Shown here: in pieces, positions 51,488 to 64,000 of the stretch
How positions within the stretch are numbered: the stretch's first letter is position 1
Layout of the letters: each line of letters opens with the position of its first letter
Made by a program: the position numbers and the translations under genes
Assembly: GCA_013239625.1 (NCBI GenBank)
Contig: MU053881.1
Location: 11,274,873-11,338,872, forward strand
DNA length: 64,000 nucleotides
From: Lama guanicoe
Taxonomy: Eukaryota
Reading direction: 5' to 3'
Notes under the pieces: model-generated
Databases searched by the model: none
Told to the model about the DNA's origin: nothing
What the model saw: only the letters and a program-made list of their open reading frames with translations

Positions 51488-53158
51488 ACACTTAAAGGAA
51501 CTAGAAAAAGAAAAAAGAAGTACAGCAAAGCCCAAAGTTAGTAGGAGCAGGAAATAAGGAAGATAACAAAGGAAATAAATAAAATAGAGACTAAAACAAG
51601 AAAGAAAATCTCAATAAGTTAAAAGTTGGTTCTTTGAAATGATAAACAAAATCAACAAACCTTCAATCAGACTCATCAAGAAAGAGGGAGAGAGCCCAAA
51701 TAAATAAAATCATAAATGAAAGAGAGATTACAACCTACATCACAGAAACACAAAGGATGTTAAGAGAATCTACGAACAATTATACACCAAAAAATTAGAC
51801 AACCTAGAAGAAATGCATAAATTCCTAGAAACATACACCCTTCCAAGACTGAATCATGAAGAAATAGAAAATCTGAATAGACAGATTACTAGTAACAAAA
51901 CTGAATCAGTAATCAAAAAGCAAGACTCAAAGAACAGAAGTCTTCACAGGTGAAGTCCACCAAACATCTAAAGACAAGTTAATACCTATCTTTCTCAAAT
52001 TACTCCCAAAAAAACTGAAGAGGAGGGAGTGCTTTCAAACCCATTTTACAAGGCCAGCATTACCTTGATACCAAACCAGACAAAGACAGCACATAATACT
52101 AATACTAATACGCCAATATCCCTGATGAACATAGATGCAAAAAATCCTTAACAAAGTATTAGCAAACTGAACTGAACAATACATTAAAATAAATCATACA
52201 CCATGATCAAGTGAGATTCATTCCAGGGATGCAAGAACAGACACAAAAACCAATGGAACAGAATAGAGAGCTCAGAAATAAACCCATGCTCATATGGTAA
52301 ATTAACCTATGACAAAGAAGGAAAGAATACACAATTGATTAAAAACAGTCTCTTCAATAAATGTGCTGGGAAAACTGGACAACTATATGCAAAAGAATGA
52401 AACTGTAGCACTTTCTTACTTATTAACAAAAACAAATTCCAAATGGATTAAAGACTGAAACCATAAACTCCTAGAAGAAAACTTAAGCAATAACCTCTTT
52501 AACACTGGTCTTAGCAATATTTTTTGGATACGTCTTTTCAAGCAAGGGCCACAAAATCAAAACTAAACAAATCAGACTATATCAAACTAAAATGTTTTTG
52601 CACAGCAAAGAAAGACACCAACAAAACAAAAAGGTGTTCTACTGAATGGGAGAAGATATTTGCAAATGATATATCCAATAAGGGGTTAATATCTAACATA
52701 TTTAAAGAACTCATACAACTCAGTTTCAAAAAAAAATAAACGACCTTATTTAAAAATGGGCAAAGGACCACAATAGACATTTTTATGAATAAAACACATG
52801 GATGGCCAATTGCAACATGAAAAGATTCTCAACATTACTAATTACCAGAGAAATTCAAGGCAAAACCACAATGATACATAACATATCACTTCACATCTGT
52901 CAGAATGTCAAAAAGACAAAAAATACAAAGTGCTGGTGAAGATGTGGAGAAAAGGGAAATCTCATGCACTGTTGGTGGGATTGTAAATTGGTACAGCCAC
53001 TATGAAAAACAGTATAGAGGTTCCTCAAAACTCTAAAAATAAAATTATCATATGATCCAGCAATTCCACTTCTGGGTATTTACCCAAAGAAAACAAAAAC
53101 ACTAATTCAAAAATATGTATGTACCCTGTGTATATTACAGCCCTAGTTATATTAGCCA
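51488..53158 (+). mobile_element. L1 ORF2 fragment with internal deletion of the RT core; no 3' UTR
   Basis: cttaaaggaactagaaaaag...ccaagactgaatcatgaagaaatagaaaatctgaatagac...; the junction near 52232-52235 joins the IPGMQ region to the (K)NRH..QWNRIE region. Confidence 0.9.
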
Positions 53159-54194
53159 ATTGTCTTCCTATATCAACTCTGCATCTTACACGCCTGCTAT
53201 GATTGCTTATGAGTTCCAGGAGGTTTGTGGGTTTGTTTTGGTCATTTCTTTCCAAGTAGACAGTCATTACTACTATTGAGTGTATGCTCAATGCCGTAGT
53301 AAGACCAAGAAAGATGAATAAAATAATTTTTAGCTTCATAGGACTCTAGGATATGCCTATGTAAAAAAGCATATAATAACACTGAATAAAGAAAAAAGAA
53401 GGATGCAACATAATAGGCAGGAAGAGATTAGTGAGATCTAGACTAGAATATTCTAAGCAGACTTTTGCTCCTAAACTGTGGCTTTCATTTAAAAGCTCAT
53501 TTTGCATACTATCATCAGCAGAAATCGCTGCTAAATCTGGGAGGAGGTGAATGGACTTAATTAAAAGAGTACATTTACTAATAAGCTCCCAAGTAGTAAA
53601 GCCTCATGCACAGTTCTAGGGGGAAATTTTCATATAAAAGATTTGTTTAGTTTTTTCCTCCAAATAATTCAACTAACTTATGTTTTCCATGAGAAGGTAA
53701 CACATTAGATACTTAGTAGAAACCAATTGTCCTAGTTGTACCAATCCCTATCAGAAACGATAGAGAACATCTCAATATCCATAACACGGAAATTTGGAGT
53801 CATTTTTAGTCTCTTTCAACACTAGTTCCTCAGGTTTTTATTCATCCACCTATAAATTACTGCATATTTCTGCCAGATTCTCTGCTCATCTTCTCCTTTG
53901 ATCTCCCATCTGCTCATTTCTTTCTCTCTGATTGAAGAAACAAGAAGTATCTGTGGCTATGTATTCCACAGAGAAGCCACAAGACAAAAGACGAACGCGT
54001 ATGAATGAAAAGATTTCAACCTGAAGTATTTTTTTTTCTGAAAATATTTGAAATCACATTGAATTGATTTTTTGTGAAGAATAAAACGACCAGTTGCCAT
54101 ATTTTAAGAAACTGTCTCATTTTTAACCATTCTGCTACAGTATTCCAAAAACTTCAAAACACCTTGAAAAGGACAGCATAGTTCAGGAAAATGA

Positions 54195-54965
54195 TCTTTA
54201 GGACTCCTTAATGGCTTCCCTTTGCACCTGGAATAAAATCTAAATTTTTATCATGGCCTGAAAATTCTTTTGATCTGTTATCACTCGCCTTTTTTGTTCA
54301 CAATTCCTCAAACACATTAGCCTGTTTCAGTTTGCTCAACACACTGCAGCCATTCCCATCTTGAGAGTCTCCTACATACAGTTTCGTTTGCCTGAAACAA
54401 TCCTTTCCCACTCTTCTCACAGGTGACTCCTTTTCAGCCCTCAGGTCTTAGCTCGGTTGTCAATCACACTTTTCCTATCTCCTTTGAAAGCAAATCTTCC
54501 TGGTTATTGCCTTATGAAAGACAGTGGAGTGCCATGATTTAGAGCTCAAACTGTATTAAAATAACAGAATTAATATTCTTCCATCAATAGCTGTGATTGT
54601 GAGCAACATTTCTAGACTTTCTGCACCTCAGCTTCTTCATAATTTATAAAATGACGGTGATAATAGTATCTCAGAAGATTGTTAGGTTAAATAAACTAAT
54701 AAAGTAAAGCACAACAGTGATTGGAGTAAGAGAAACATTTAATCAATGTTTATTATCAAAATCTTAGCACCCTTCTTATTTCTTCCAAATTTCTTATAAC
54801 AACATGAATTTCTTTCCCAAATTCAATTTTTGTCTACCTATCATGCTACCTTTTAAGTTTTCTGAGGACAAGGACTTGTATTAATCTTGTTTTATCCTTG
54901 TTTTCCCAAACCTATTAAAGTGCCTGAACTTAACAGGGTTCAATGCCTATTAACTGAATGGATGA
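54195..54965 (+). mobile_element. L2 3' region containing a MIR (about 54520-54760)
   Basis: ctccttaatggcttccctttgcacctggaataaaatctaaa...; MIR core ttctgcacctcagcttcttcataatttataaaatgacggtgataatagta; L2 tail aactgaatggatgaa. Confidence 0.75.
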
Positions 54966-55722
54966 AAGGTATCTGGGGCAGTTATTGGAATAGCCTGTCT
55001 GTGAATGGTTCAACTAGGAAATATTTCCTCTTCTTCCCCTTATCAATCAAACTTTTCTTTTAAGAACTGACAACATCACTCCTCAGAATTTAGCTGACTA
55101 GTGTAGTTGCTTCCGTAATGCAAATAGCTTTTACTGCAGCATGAACAAAAACACAGGCTTCTCTCTCCACAAATACTGGACCATCTCTGTGATCAATACT
55201 TCCAAAGGAAAGGGCAAAACCCATGTTTAAAGGCAAAGACTCTTTACTGAAAATGGCATTACACAATGTTATCTCCAAAGAAAGGTAAAGACTGTCTTTG
55301 CAAGATGTGGTTAGTTCACAATTATTTAGAAAATGAAACCAGCTGGACCACAGAGGTAAATGACAGGGTCTGTGTTAGCATTTACTGGTTCCCTTCTTGA
55401 CACTTTTAGCAAAGTTCTATAAAATAGAGATAAACTCAGAGTAAAGCAAACCATTCTGAAAACAGAGATGGAAGGAAACTCTGCTATCTGCCTTTGCCCT
55501 GCAATCTGTATTGACTAAATATCTTATAAATAGGAACCTTAAAGACTGAAAAAACCAACGGCTTCTGGACTCTAAATTGAAATGGTTGTCTGTGATGGCT
55601 TTAAAACTGCAACTTCAGTTGGAGATAAAGCCAGTATCCAGTCTTCTAGAAAGGACAGGAAAAAGCTGTTGTCTTCTCACTCAAGCCATTGTTTTCAGGG
55701 TCAATAGTTTAAGAAAGAAGTT

Positions 55723-55826
55723 AGGACCAAAACTCTTGATTTAGTGGTTAATTCTTAGGGAACAAAAAGGAAAAAGGACCAAAACTCTTGATTTAGTGGT
55801 TAATTCTTAGGGAACAAAAAGGAAAA
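55723..55826. repeat. Perfect tandem duplication, 2 x 52 bp
   Basis: AGGACCAAAACTCTTGATTTAGTGGTTAATTCTTAGGGAACAAAAAGGAAAA at 55723-55774 and 55775-55826. Confidence 0.97.
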
Positions 55827-56449
55827 GACTGATCACAGTAATTCAAAGCAGAGCCTTTAAAACAGGAAGTAAAAGACAAGAGTTGCCAGGATTAAAACTA
55901 TGTCACGACAAGTTTCTGGCTGTGGTTACTCAACCAAGGAATTAACTGGAAACAAACAGACTGGAATTCTACTAAGTTATTGGAAGGAAATTTATTCAAG
56001 AGAAGAAAAAAGTACAAGATAATACAAGCCTCACTGATATGAACAAGCCTTTGGCCTTAGACCTGCAGCAACAGGAAGTGGTCTGTGCCACCTCCAGCAA
56101 TACTTTACTCTTCAGTACCCAGATCTAGCCATGGAAGGTCACAGAAGAGAGCCTCACAGAAGGCAGACCCAAGGCTACCAGAAGGATTAACTAATTAATT
56201 TTTCTGCAACAGTTCATCAATACTCTTACGTTCATTGGGATTTAATCAATCATAAAGACCCTGATTGCTTAGTGTTTTCCACTTTCCAAATGAGCGTTTT
56301 TATTTTCTTTATAGTGTTTCTTTTCCACCATTATACCTTCAGTGAGTTGGATGCTGTATAGCTGATTAGACTGTGAGACACAATACCTAACCCTAACAGG
56401 GAAGATGATACCTTACACTCATGTCCTAGAATTCGTGGAAGAGGTAGTA

Positions 56450-56838
56450 ATTGGATAAGACTTTAAGATAACCCTCTTGGGGAGTGATATGTGTGTTCTA
56501 TACATGTGGAAATTCATGTAAAAATCTAAGTCATTTGATGGGCCTTCCAAAGGAGCTCTTCAGAGAGGCTGCTTCAGCTGGAATTTCTCTCCCTTTCCTG
56601 GAGTCTAGAATATGGATGATACAGTTGGTATTCCAGGGGTCAGCTTGTAACCATGAAGCAATTTTACAAGTAAAAGCCAGTGATAAGGATACTACAGAAA
56701 AAGTTAGAAGTCAGGCACTCCGTATTACCTATTTCTGGATTTTAAGTTTTATGAATGGAAAGTAAACCCCTACCCTAAGTAAAGACACCATTACTCTAGA
56801 CCTCTGTACAGCTCCCAAAAGTAGTTCCTAAATTCATG
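56450..56838 (+). mobile_element. Old MaLR LTR (MLT1J/K-like) fragment
   Basis: cagcttgtaaccatgaagc...tacctatttctggatttt...aagtaaaccccta...ttcctaaattca. Confidence 0.5.
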
Positions 56839-57849
56839 TTCATGACAGTAGCTCCCACACCAAACTTTGTGAATCATTGTTTTAGAGGTTTGAAAATGGA
56901 AAAACTCCATGATCTTTCTAGTACTCTTCCAGAGTTAAAAAATAAGTTGACTAGCATATAATGATCATTATACTTTAAAAAAATTCCAAATATCTAGTGG
57001 AATGTTAATAAGAATAATTTAATGTCCATTAGCTTTATAGTCATTACTGTAAGATTATGTTATAATAGTTATGCACTAATAATTTTAAGAAGCATGGTAT
57101 CTGATCATGCTTTTAGAACAAAACCTTGGTTTTCTAGTTTACAATTTAATAAATGAGTATTCACGGTGTATATGTGTGCCTAAGGCACACAAATATGAGT
57201 ATACATACACCTAGACATAGAAAAACATATGCAGCTCTGGATATATTTGCCTGTAAATATAAATTTGACAATGTGTTACAACTCCATTTGTTTTGGCAGG
57301 AAATTTTCTGAACCCCAAGATTTTGCAAATTAAATAAATCTATTAGGCTTTCACAGCAAGTTTGCTTTCTAAAGAAATGACAGGCTTGATTAGTAAGTAT
57401 GCCCTTTATCTGTAAAGTTCTTATTTGTCTACCATTTCACAGCAAGCAATTCTGATGAATAGCACAATTAACCTTTCCGTTATTAAAACAATTAATTGCA
57501 AAAATTAAAGACATGACAGGGACAAAATATTAATGCATAAATTATTAGGTTCAGAAATTATAATTATTAATCCCTGTACAGTAATTGTGGCAAAAACAAT
57601 GAACAATAAGTATGCTAAAAATCTATTCAAATTTTCTGTTTTTCACTTCTTCATTGGCTAAGGGACAACTATTTTAGGTTGGGCATGAGAGCTAAAAGAA
57701 ATTAGTATCAGCTAGGTACCACGAGCATGTAAGACATGACAATAATAAAGATCTATACATACAAAAGTGTGTTTTTTACAATAACCATCTTGAAGATACA
57801 TACAAATGATGCTATGCTGATGTTCACCACAAAAAGTTAGGATTGTTTT

Positions 57850-58062
57850 TTAGATTTGCCTCTTGGAATCAGAACTTTAAGCTAAATTCACATTTCTGCC
57901 TCTTTACTGGCCATATAGAGTTCATTTCCTTGAACTTCAGGTTTGAGAGAGCAAAGCAAAACTTCTTAACTCTCTTCTCATCAGTTTTGTAATAAATAGA
58001 TAATATATGAGAAACTACTTTTAAATAACAAAGCATCACGTAAATGTGAACTACTGTTATTA
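57850..58062 (+). mobile_element. MIR SINE
   Basis: cttggaatcagaac...tctgcctctttactggcc...agcaaaacttcttaactct...gataatatatgagaaa. Confidence 0.55.
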
Positions 58063-58100
58063 CTCTGCAAAAGCAAAATGGGTTCAGAACAACACGCTAC

Positions 58101-58246
58101 TCTGCACTACCCAAAAAAGTAGCCACTATCCACTTGTGGCTACTGAGTACTTGACTTACGGCTTGCTATGTGACTGAGGAACTTACCTTTTGATTTAAAA
58201 AATATATATATATATTTCATTTAAGTTTAAATAGCCACAGCTATTG
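58101..58246 (+). mobile_element. MER3 hAT-Charlie MITE (partial)
   Basis: gtagccactatccacttgtggctactgagtacttga...gtgactgaggaact...tttaaatagccaca. Confidence 0.8.
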
Positions 58247-60001
58247 AACCCTCTATACACATCTTGCTCCTTATCCAGGAGCTGCTAAGTTTGTCAGTTT
58301 TGAGCCATTGGTTGGATCATGATAACCAGTAGGCCTCATCATGTTTTTAGGCGGCATGCATTAACCAATGTGCTACTCTTTCCAACATCATTTGTGATCC
58401 TTTTGTACCTGCAGGAACATTGAACCAAGGCAAGTTTGGCTCTTCATGAGCCTGCTGGTCACACCATTTATGTCATGAAACTTTCATTTCATATTAATTT
58501 GCACATGATGAAGATTTTTCTACCCCTAAAGTAGACTTTTAGGTTTGAAAGGCTTAACAGAGATCTACATGAAACCTAATTCCATACAGCAGCAAGCTGT
58601 ATAGATCAACCTAATGCAAGAGAAATAACTATTTGCTATAGTACTACTCAAATACTTTTCAAGACAGGCATGTCAAATTTTGACATTTTTTTCAATATGA
58701 TGTGGCAACTTTGCAATAATAGCATTTGATGATTTGTTCTGTTAAAGGAAAACAGGATGAATGAGTATTTTTATCTGAATATGTGGCTGGAAACATAATA
58801 AGCTATAAAATAACTATTTTAGCATATAAAAGAGCTAAATTATTACTAGCGTATCTTTCTAGATAAATGATGAATATATATAGTCAGACAGACAGACAGT
58901 AGATAGTTTGATAGACTCTCTGTGAGGAAACTTTTATACAAACACAGGATACTGTGAATGCATAGAATTAAGTAATGGAAATATCTGGAGATTTAACTTG
59001 GCATTTTGTACTAGTTACATATTAGGGCTTCAACACATCTGTGTTGATTCAAAAGATTATTTCTCTTTTGGGAAGAATTTCAAGTTTCTCTCCCTCTCTC
59101 TCTTTTTTTTTTTGTTATTGTTACAGTAGCAAATGTGTAAAATATACAGGGCAGTTCATCAAGTAGATCAAGGACACTTAAATTAATAAAAGAGAATATT
59201 CAATAATCACCATGGGTTACATATGCAAATGACAAAATTTTTTTTCAGACAGAAATTATTAATTTACTTAGGATGTCCTTTTCTGATGTGTGATCAAAAG
59301 CGGTTGTTATTCATCCCTTAAAGTCAGGTGAAGTTTTGGTGAAGTGGCAAGTGGGAGCAGGTGGGATGTGTGGTTCCTGGGGCTCTTTGTTCAATGAAGT
59401 GCCTCAAACACAGAAACACTTTGATCTGCCTGACTCGGTGGAACTGCAGACTGAAAGAGTGTTTGTTATTTTCTTTTAAGTAGGACAAATTAGCAAGTAC
59501 ATTTTTAAACTGGACAGAGTTTCAGAATAAATGAGTTATAGTACATTTTTCTCCTAAAACTAAGTAAAACTTAACAGTAAAAAATAAATAAATAAAATCA
59601 CATTTCTACTCATAAAAAAATCATTTCTTCAACACACAGTTAAAGTTCCATCTAGATTAAGGCTTTATTTTTAGCACTATGGTAATTTACAGCTAAGATT
59701 AAATCACTTGAAACCATCAACATGTCCCTTTATCATAGATAATTCCTACCTGCTGCCAAGCAGTACACCTTTATCAACACCACTTATTATCCATATAAAA
59801 AAGAAACATACTTCCAAAGTGAAACTTCAAAAACTTTTTACAAATCACTGATATGTGAACTCCTAGCCTATTTTTCTCCCAGAAAATGAAACTGATCACA
59901 CTAAAAGTAACAATCCACCTGTCTCTAACTTTCCATGATGCCTTCAATGAAAAAGTGAGACAAAGTACGCAGAATACAACTGCGATGTCTCAACAGCATA
60001 T

Positions 60002-60447
60002 TGTATCCCGGGTCTCCAGAAAAACAAAATCAATACACAGAGAGAGGGAGAGGGGGGAGAGAAGGATCGGGGCAGAGAGAGGAGAGAGGGGAGTGAGAAA
60101 GAGTTTTAAGAACTGGCTCAGGAGATCCTGGAGGCTTGGGAAGTCTAAAAACCTACAGGCTGGCAGGCTGGAGACCCAGAGAAGAGTCACTGCTTGTGTT
60201 CAATTACAAGCTGATCTGCTGTCAGAATTCCCTCTTCATGTAGAAAGATCAATCTTTTTCTATTAAGGCCTTCAACTAAATGGATTAGGTTTACCCACAT
60301 GGTGGAAGGTAACCTGCTTTTACTTGAACTCTGACTTAAATGATAATTTCATCTAAAAAATACCTTCACGGTAGCATCTAGAATAATGTCCGAACAAATA
60401 TCTGCATGCCAAGGCCTAGCCAAGTTGACACATAAAATTAACCCTCA
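60002..60447 (-). mobile_element. ERVL solo LTR (MLT2-type)
   Basis: ggtctccagaaaaaca...ggctggcaggctggagacccag...ttaaggccttcaactaaatggatt...gcctagccaagttgacacataaaattaacc. Confidence 0.9.
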
Positions 60448-60486
60448 GGTGTACAGACTACTTAAACCTAAATAAGCCAGTGACCT

Positions 60487-60561
60487 AAAAAAAAAAGGAG
60501 AAGGAGAAAGAAGAGAAGGAGGAGGAGAAGAAGGAGAAGGAGAAAGAAAAAGGGAAAAAAA
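60487..60561. repeat. GA-rich low-complexity tract
   Basis: (GGAGAA)-like purine-only run. Confidence 0.85.
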
Positions 60562-62301
60562 TGCAGTTCATGTTACCTGAAAAGCTTTGGTGATCACTTT
60601 AAATGAGTTTTAAAAATGCATGCCTTTTAGTTTCAAAAAATGTGAAATCACTGAGTTATGAATTGATTATCTTCTCAAGTACAAGAAGAATTTTCTAACA
60701 CCTTCATAATCTTCCCTTATATTCAGCATGGTTTCTGACATGTTTACTAAATAAATAAAGCAGTAAATCAACATTCCCAACATCATTAGTACATTTTCAA
60801 TTTAATTTAATATGGTTAAATCCCAGAATAATTCCCCCAAACTCACTCTACTTACTAAGTTTGTCATGGTTGATCAAATTTTGATTTTGATGTAACAGAT
60901 TTACATCTAGGGGAAATGATTAGGCATTATCAAACTAACATTGTTCTAGCTACATTTTAATACTAAATTTTGCAAACATTATCCAAATGCCTTGTAATTT
61001 TCATTTTGTTAGCTTTGCATCCTAGTTCTAACATTGCTACTTGTACAAAGGAAATGTCAATCATATATATTTATCCATGAGATTTCAGTTTGTGGGTTCA
61101 CTAATAGGAAAACACACACTAAAGATTTCAAAGAACGTAACTCATTACGGGAAATAGTTCAGAAGTATGCCATGGTTAGTAGTCTACAAATATGTAATCT
61201 TGTTATATTGTGAAATGTTATAATACTATGCCCTTTTCTAAAATACAGCTTACTAGAGCATGGCAAGAAGAAGGCAGGAGGCCAAAAACTGGAACAGGCA
61301 ATTATATAATGTAAGTTATTTTTCACATTTTTAAAATAAAAATTTCTTCGACTTCTAATCCAATCTTTATCATAATATGTCATGCCTAACACCCCTATGG
61401 ACGTAGAAAATTTAATAGTCATGCTTTACTGCATCCATCTATTTAATTGTTTTCCCTTGAATAGTTTTAAAAATTTAATTTATGTGATTTCTCTAACTCT
61501 TAACTGAAATAGATTGAAGTTTATTTCTGATTTTTTTTTGTCACTACTTAAAGCTTTCTGTCTACAACAGTTTGAGCAAATGTTATGGAGTTGAAATTAT
61601 CTCCATGTTTATTATAATTATTATATATTACATTATATATATACATACCCCATAAATTCAAATTTGTTTGGAATTTTCAGGCAGAATTTGTTAGAGTTAC
61701 TTATCTGCCTTTAAAAAAAACTATATTTCACATGTAGATATAGCATTTCCTTCTTCCATTTGTCAATTTTAAATACTTGGATATTGCAAACTCTGAAATT
61801 CACTTTCAACAAAAGCCTTTTAAATACTGTTATACTAAATCAGTCATACCTGGAAATTAAGTTAAACAGCAAGTTTTATTAAAACTAAATCTGTTTTATC
61901 AAAATTTCATTAAAAAGTTTTTTCCCAAAGCTTCAGATGTGATTTTTTACTTAGTTTAATATGTGAATTATAATGTTCCAATTTTCTCATAATTTAGATC
62001 CATTTCTGTCTCAACCAACAAAAAATTAGGTGCTGCTACATAAAAGGCAATTGTTAAGTAGATTATGATGGCATTGGTATCCCCATTGTTAAAAGACTAA
62101 ATTATTCCTAATTACTAAATCTGTTGGAAATAATATTAGGTTCTACCTATATCTTAGATGTTGTTCTACACATTTACTCATTAATATAATCAGTTAATAT
62201 TTATAGAATTTTGTTATAGACCTATACTGTGTATAAGAAATGAAGGTTGGAGAAAAATACATACTGACACTTATTTCATCTCTTGTTAATAAACTATGTA
62301 T

Positions 62302-63689
62302 CCCCCTGCATTTATGGTCAATTAATCTACAACAAAAGAGGCAAGAGTATACATCGGAGAAGACATTCTCTTAAGTGGTGTTGGAAAACTAGACAGCTTC
62401 ATGTGAAAGAATAAAATTAGATCATACTGTAACACTATATACAAAAATAAATTCAAAATGGATTAAAGACCTATATGTAAAATTGGAAACCATAAAACTC
62501 CTAGAAGAAAACATAGGCAGAACACTCTTTGACATAAATTGTAGCAGTATTTTTTTGAAATATTTCTTAAAGCAAAAGAAAGAAAAGCAAGAATAAACTA
62601 ATGGGACCTAACTAAACCTAAAAGCTTTTGCGCAGTAAAAGAAAGCAATGACAAAACAAAAAGACATATCTGCAAATGAAAGGACCAATAAGGGGTTAAT
62701 ATGCAAAATACATAAACAGCATACACAACTCAACATCAAAACAAAAACAAAAACAAAAAAACAACCTGATTAAAAAATGGGCAGAAAACCTAAATAGACA
62801 TTTTTTCCAAAGAAGACATACAAATGACCAATGGGCACGTGAAAAGATGTTCAACATCATTAATCATCAAAGAAATGCCAATTAAAACCACAATGTGGTA
62901 TCACCTCACACCTGCTAGAATAGCTATCATCTTTTTTAAAAGACCACAAATAACAATGTTGGTGAGGATGTGGAGAAGAGGGAACATTGCTGGTGGAAAT
63001 GAAAATTGGTGCAGCCACTGTGGAAAACAGTATGGAAGTTTCTCAAAAAACTAATAATACAACAACCCTTTGACCTGGCAATTCCATCCCTGCATATTTA
63101 TCTAAACAAAAATGAAAACACTAGTTTGAAAAGATACATGCATCTCATCTCAATGTTCATAACAGTATTATTTATATTTGCCAAGATACAGAAGCAACTT
63201 AAGTGTTCATCAACAGATAAATGGATAAAGAATATGTGGTATATATATGCAATGGAATACTAGTTAGCCATAAAAAAACAATGAAATCTTGTCATTCACA
63301 ACAGCATGGATAGACTTGGATGATATTATACTAAGTGAAATAAGTTAGACAGAGAAAGATAAATACTGTATGATATCAATTATATGTGGTACTAAAAAAT
63401 AAAACAGACTAGTGAATATAACAAAAAACAAACAGACTCACAGAATGAACTAGTGGTTACCAGTGGGGAGAGGCATGCAGGGTGGGGCAAAATAGGGGCA
63501 GGGGCTTAAAAGGTACAGACTAATATGTATAAAATAAATAAGATTCAAGGATATACAGTACAACATAGGGAATATAGCCAATATTTTATAATAACTATAA
63601 ATGGAATATAACCTTTAAAAATGGTGAGCCCCTATACTGTATAGCTGAAACTTCCATAGTATTGAAAATCAACTATACCTCAATAAAAA
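62302..63689 (+). mobile_element. 5'-truncated L1 (artiodactyl/laurasiatherian-type 3' UTR)
   Basis: ORF2 C-terminal peptides ([53 protein letters not shown]); 3' UTR ends atcaactatacctcaataaaaa. Confidence 0.92.
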
Positions 63690-64000
63690 TATATGTATTA
63701 AACATCCCTTATGTGCCAATCAACAAGCCATGCACTAAGTATATCCAGCTGAAAAATCCTGGACCTAGTCTTAAGACCTAGGAAAACCCCGAGTGAGATT
63801 TCAAACAAAAGTCAGAAACTAATCAGATCAGGAAAGTAAAAAGTAAAAGCAAAAGTAAAAATAATATAAAGTTGTTATAAACTTTTTAGATAAGCTAAGT
63901 ATCAAAAGATCATACAGCTCTATGTTATACAATCCAATAATAATATAATAATAAAGTAGCCTCGTATCTAACTAATATTCTAAAGGAGATGGGAGAAACT

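Noticed and set aside
50545..53158. Head-to-head L1 pieces suggesting a twin-priming inversion
   Set aside because: The pieces overlap by several hundred bases of ORF2, look like different subfamilies, and share no TSD; independent insertions are more likely
55118..55125. Octamer ATGCAAAT
   Set aside because: Occurs several times in this AT-rich window, including inside TEs; no supporting context
58301..58338. Small imperfect hairpin TGAGCCATTGGTT...AACCAGTAGGCCTCA
   Set aside because: Too short for a pre-miRNA and not a recognised RNA
59886..60266. 126-aa ORF with an R/E-rich segment
   Set aside because: Reads through an antisense MLT2 LTR and its (GA)n tract
62824..63263. Two overlapping ORFs with a Cys-containing region
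   Set aside because: L1 ORF2 C-terminus, frameshifted
62288..63698. Possible TSD (tatgtat) around the terminal L1
   Set aside because: Only 7 AT-rich bases match exactly and the 5' boundary is ambiguous; not claimed
1..64000. CRISPR arrays, operons, tRNA/rRNA or a novel multi-gene system
   Set aside because: Mammalian non-coding DNA with no repeat-spacer arrays, no long ORFs and no recognisable structural RNA

Overview
AT-rich, CpG-poor placental-mammal genomic DNA, most likely deep intronic or gene-desert sequence. The 3' UTR of the youngest L1 resembles camelid L1 (from recall), and I saw no Alu, B1/B2, Bov-A/BovB, PRE or CAN SINE. I could not recognise any protein-coding gene, RNA gene or prokaryotic-type system. 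Roughly half the window is decayed transposable elements: L1s of several ages, L2, MIR, MaLR/ERVL/ERV1 solo LTRs, and hAT and Tigger MITEs. The longer ORFs in the track are L1 ORF2 remnants or chance frames. The most interesting non-repeat signals are several enhancer-like islands with clustered developmental TF motifs (about 13.8, 22.4, 33.6 and 44.3-45.8 kb; the 22.4 and 44.3-45.8 kb islands also retain CpGs) and a candidate short hydrophobic ORF or first exon with a strong Kozak context and a perfect splice donor (45497-45576). Structural events include a TSD-flanked L1 with an internal RT deletion, a solo LTR with a perfect 6-bp TSD, a possible solitary poly(A) insertion and a perfect 52-bp tandem duplication. 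Repeat family names come from recalled consensus sequences, not from a search, and the boundaries of old elements are approximate.
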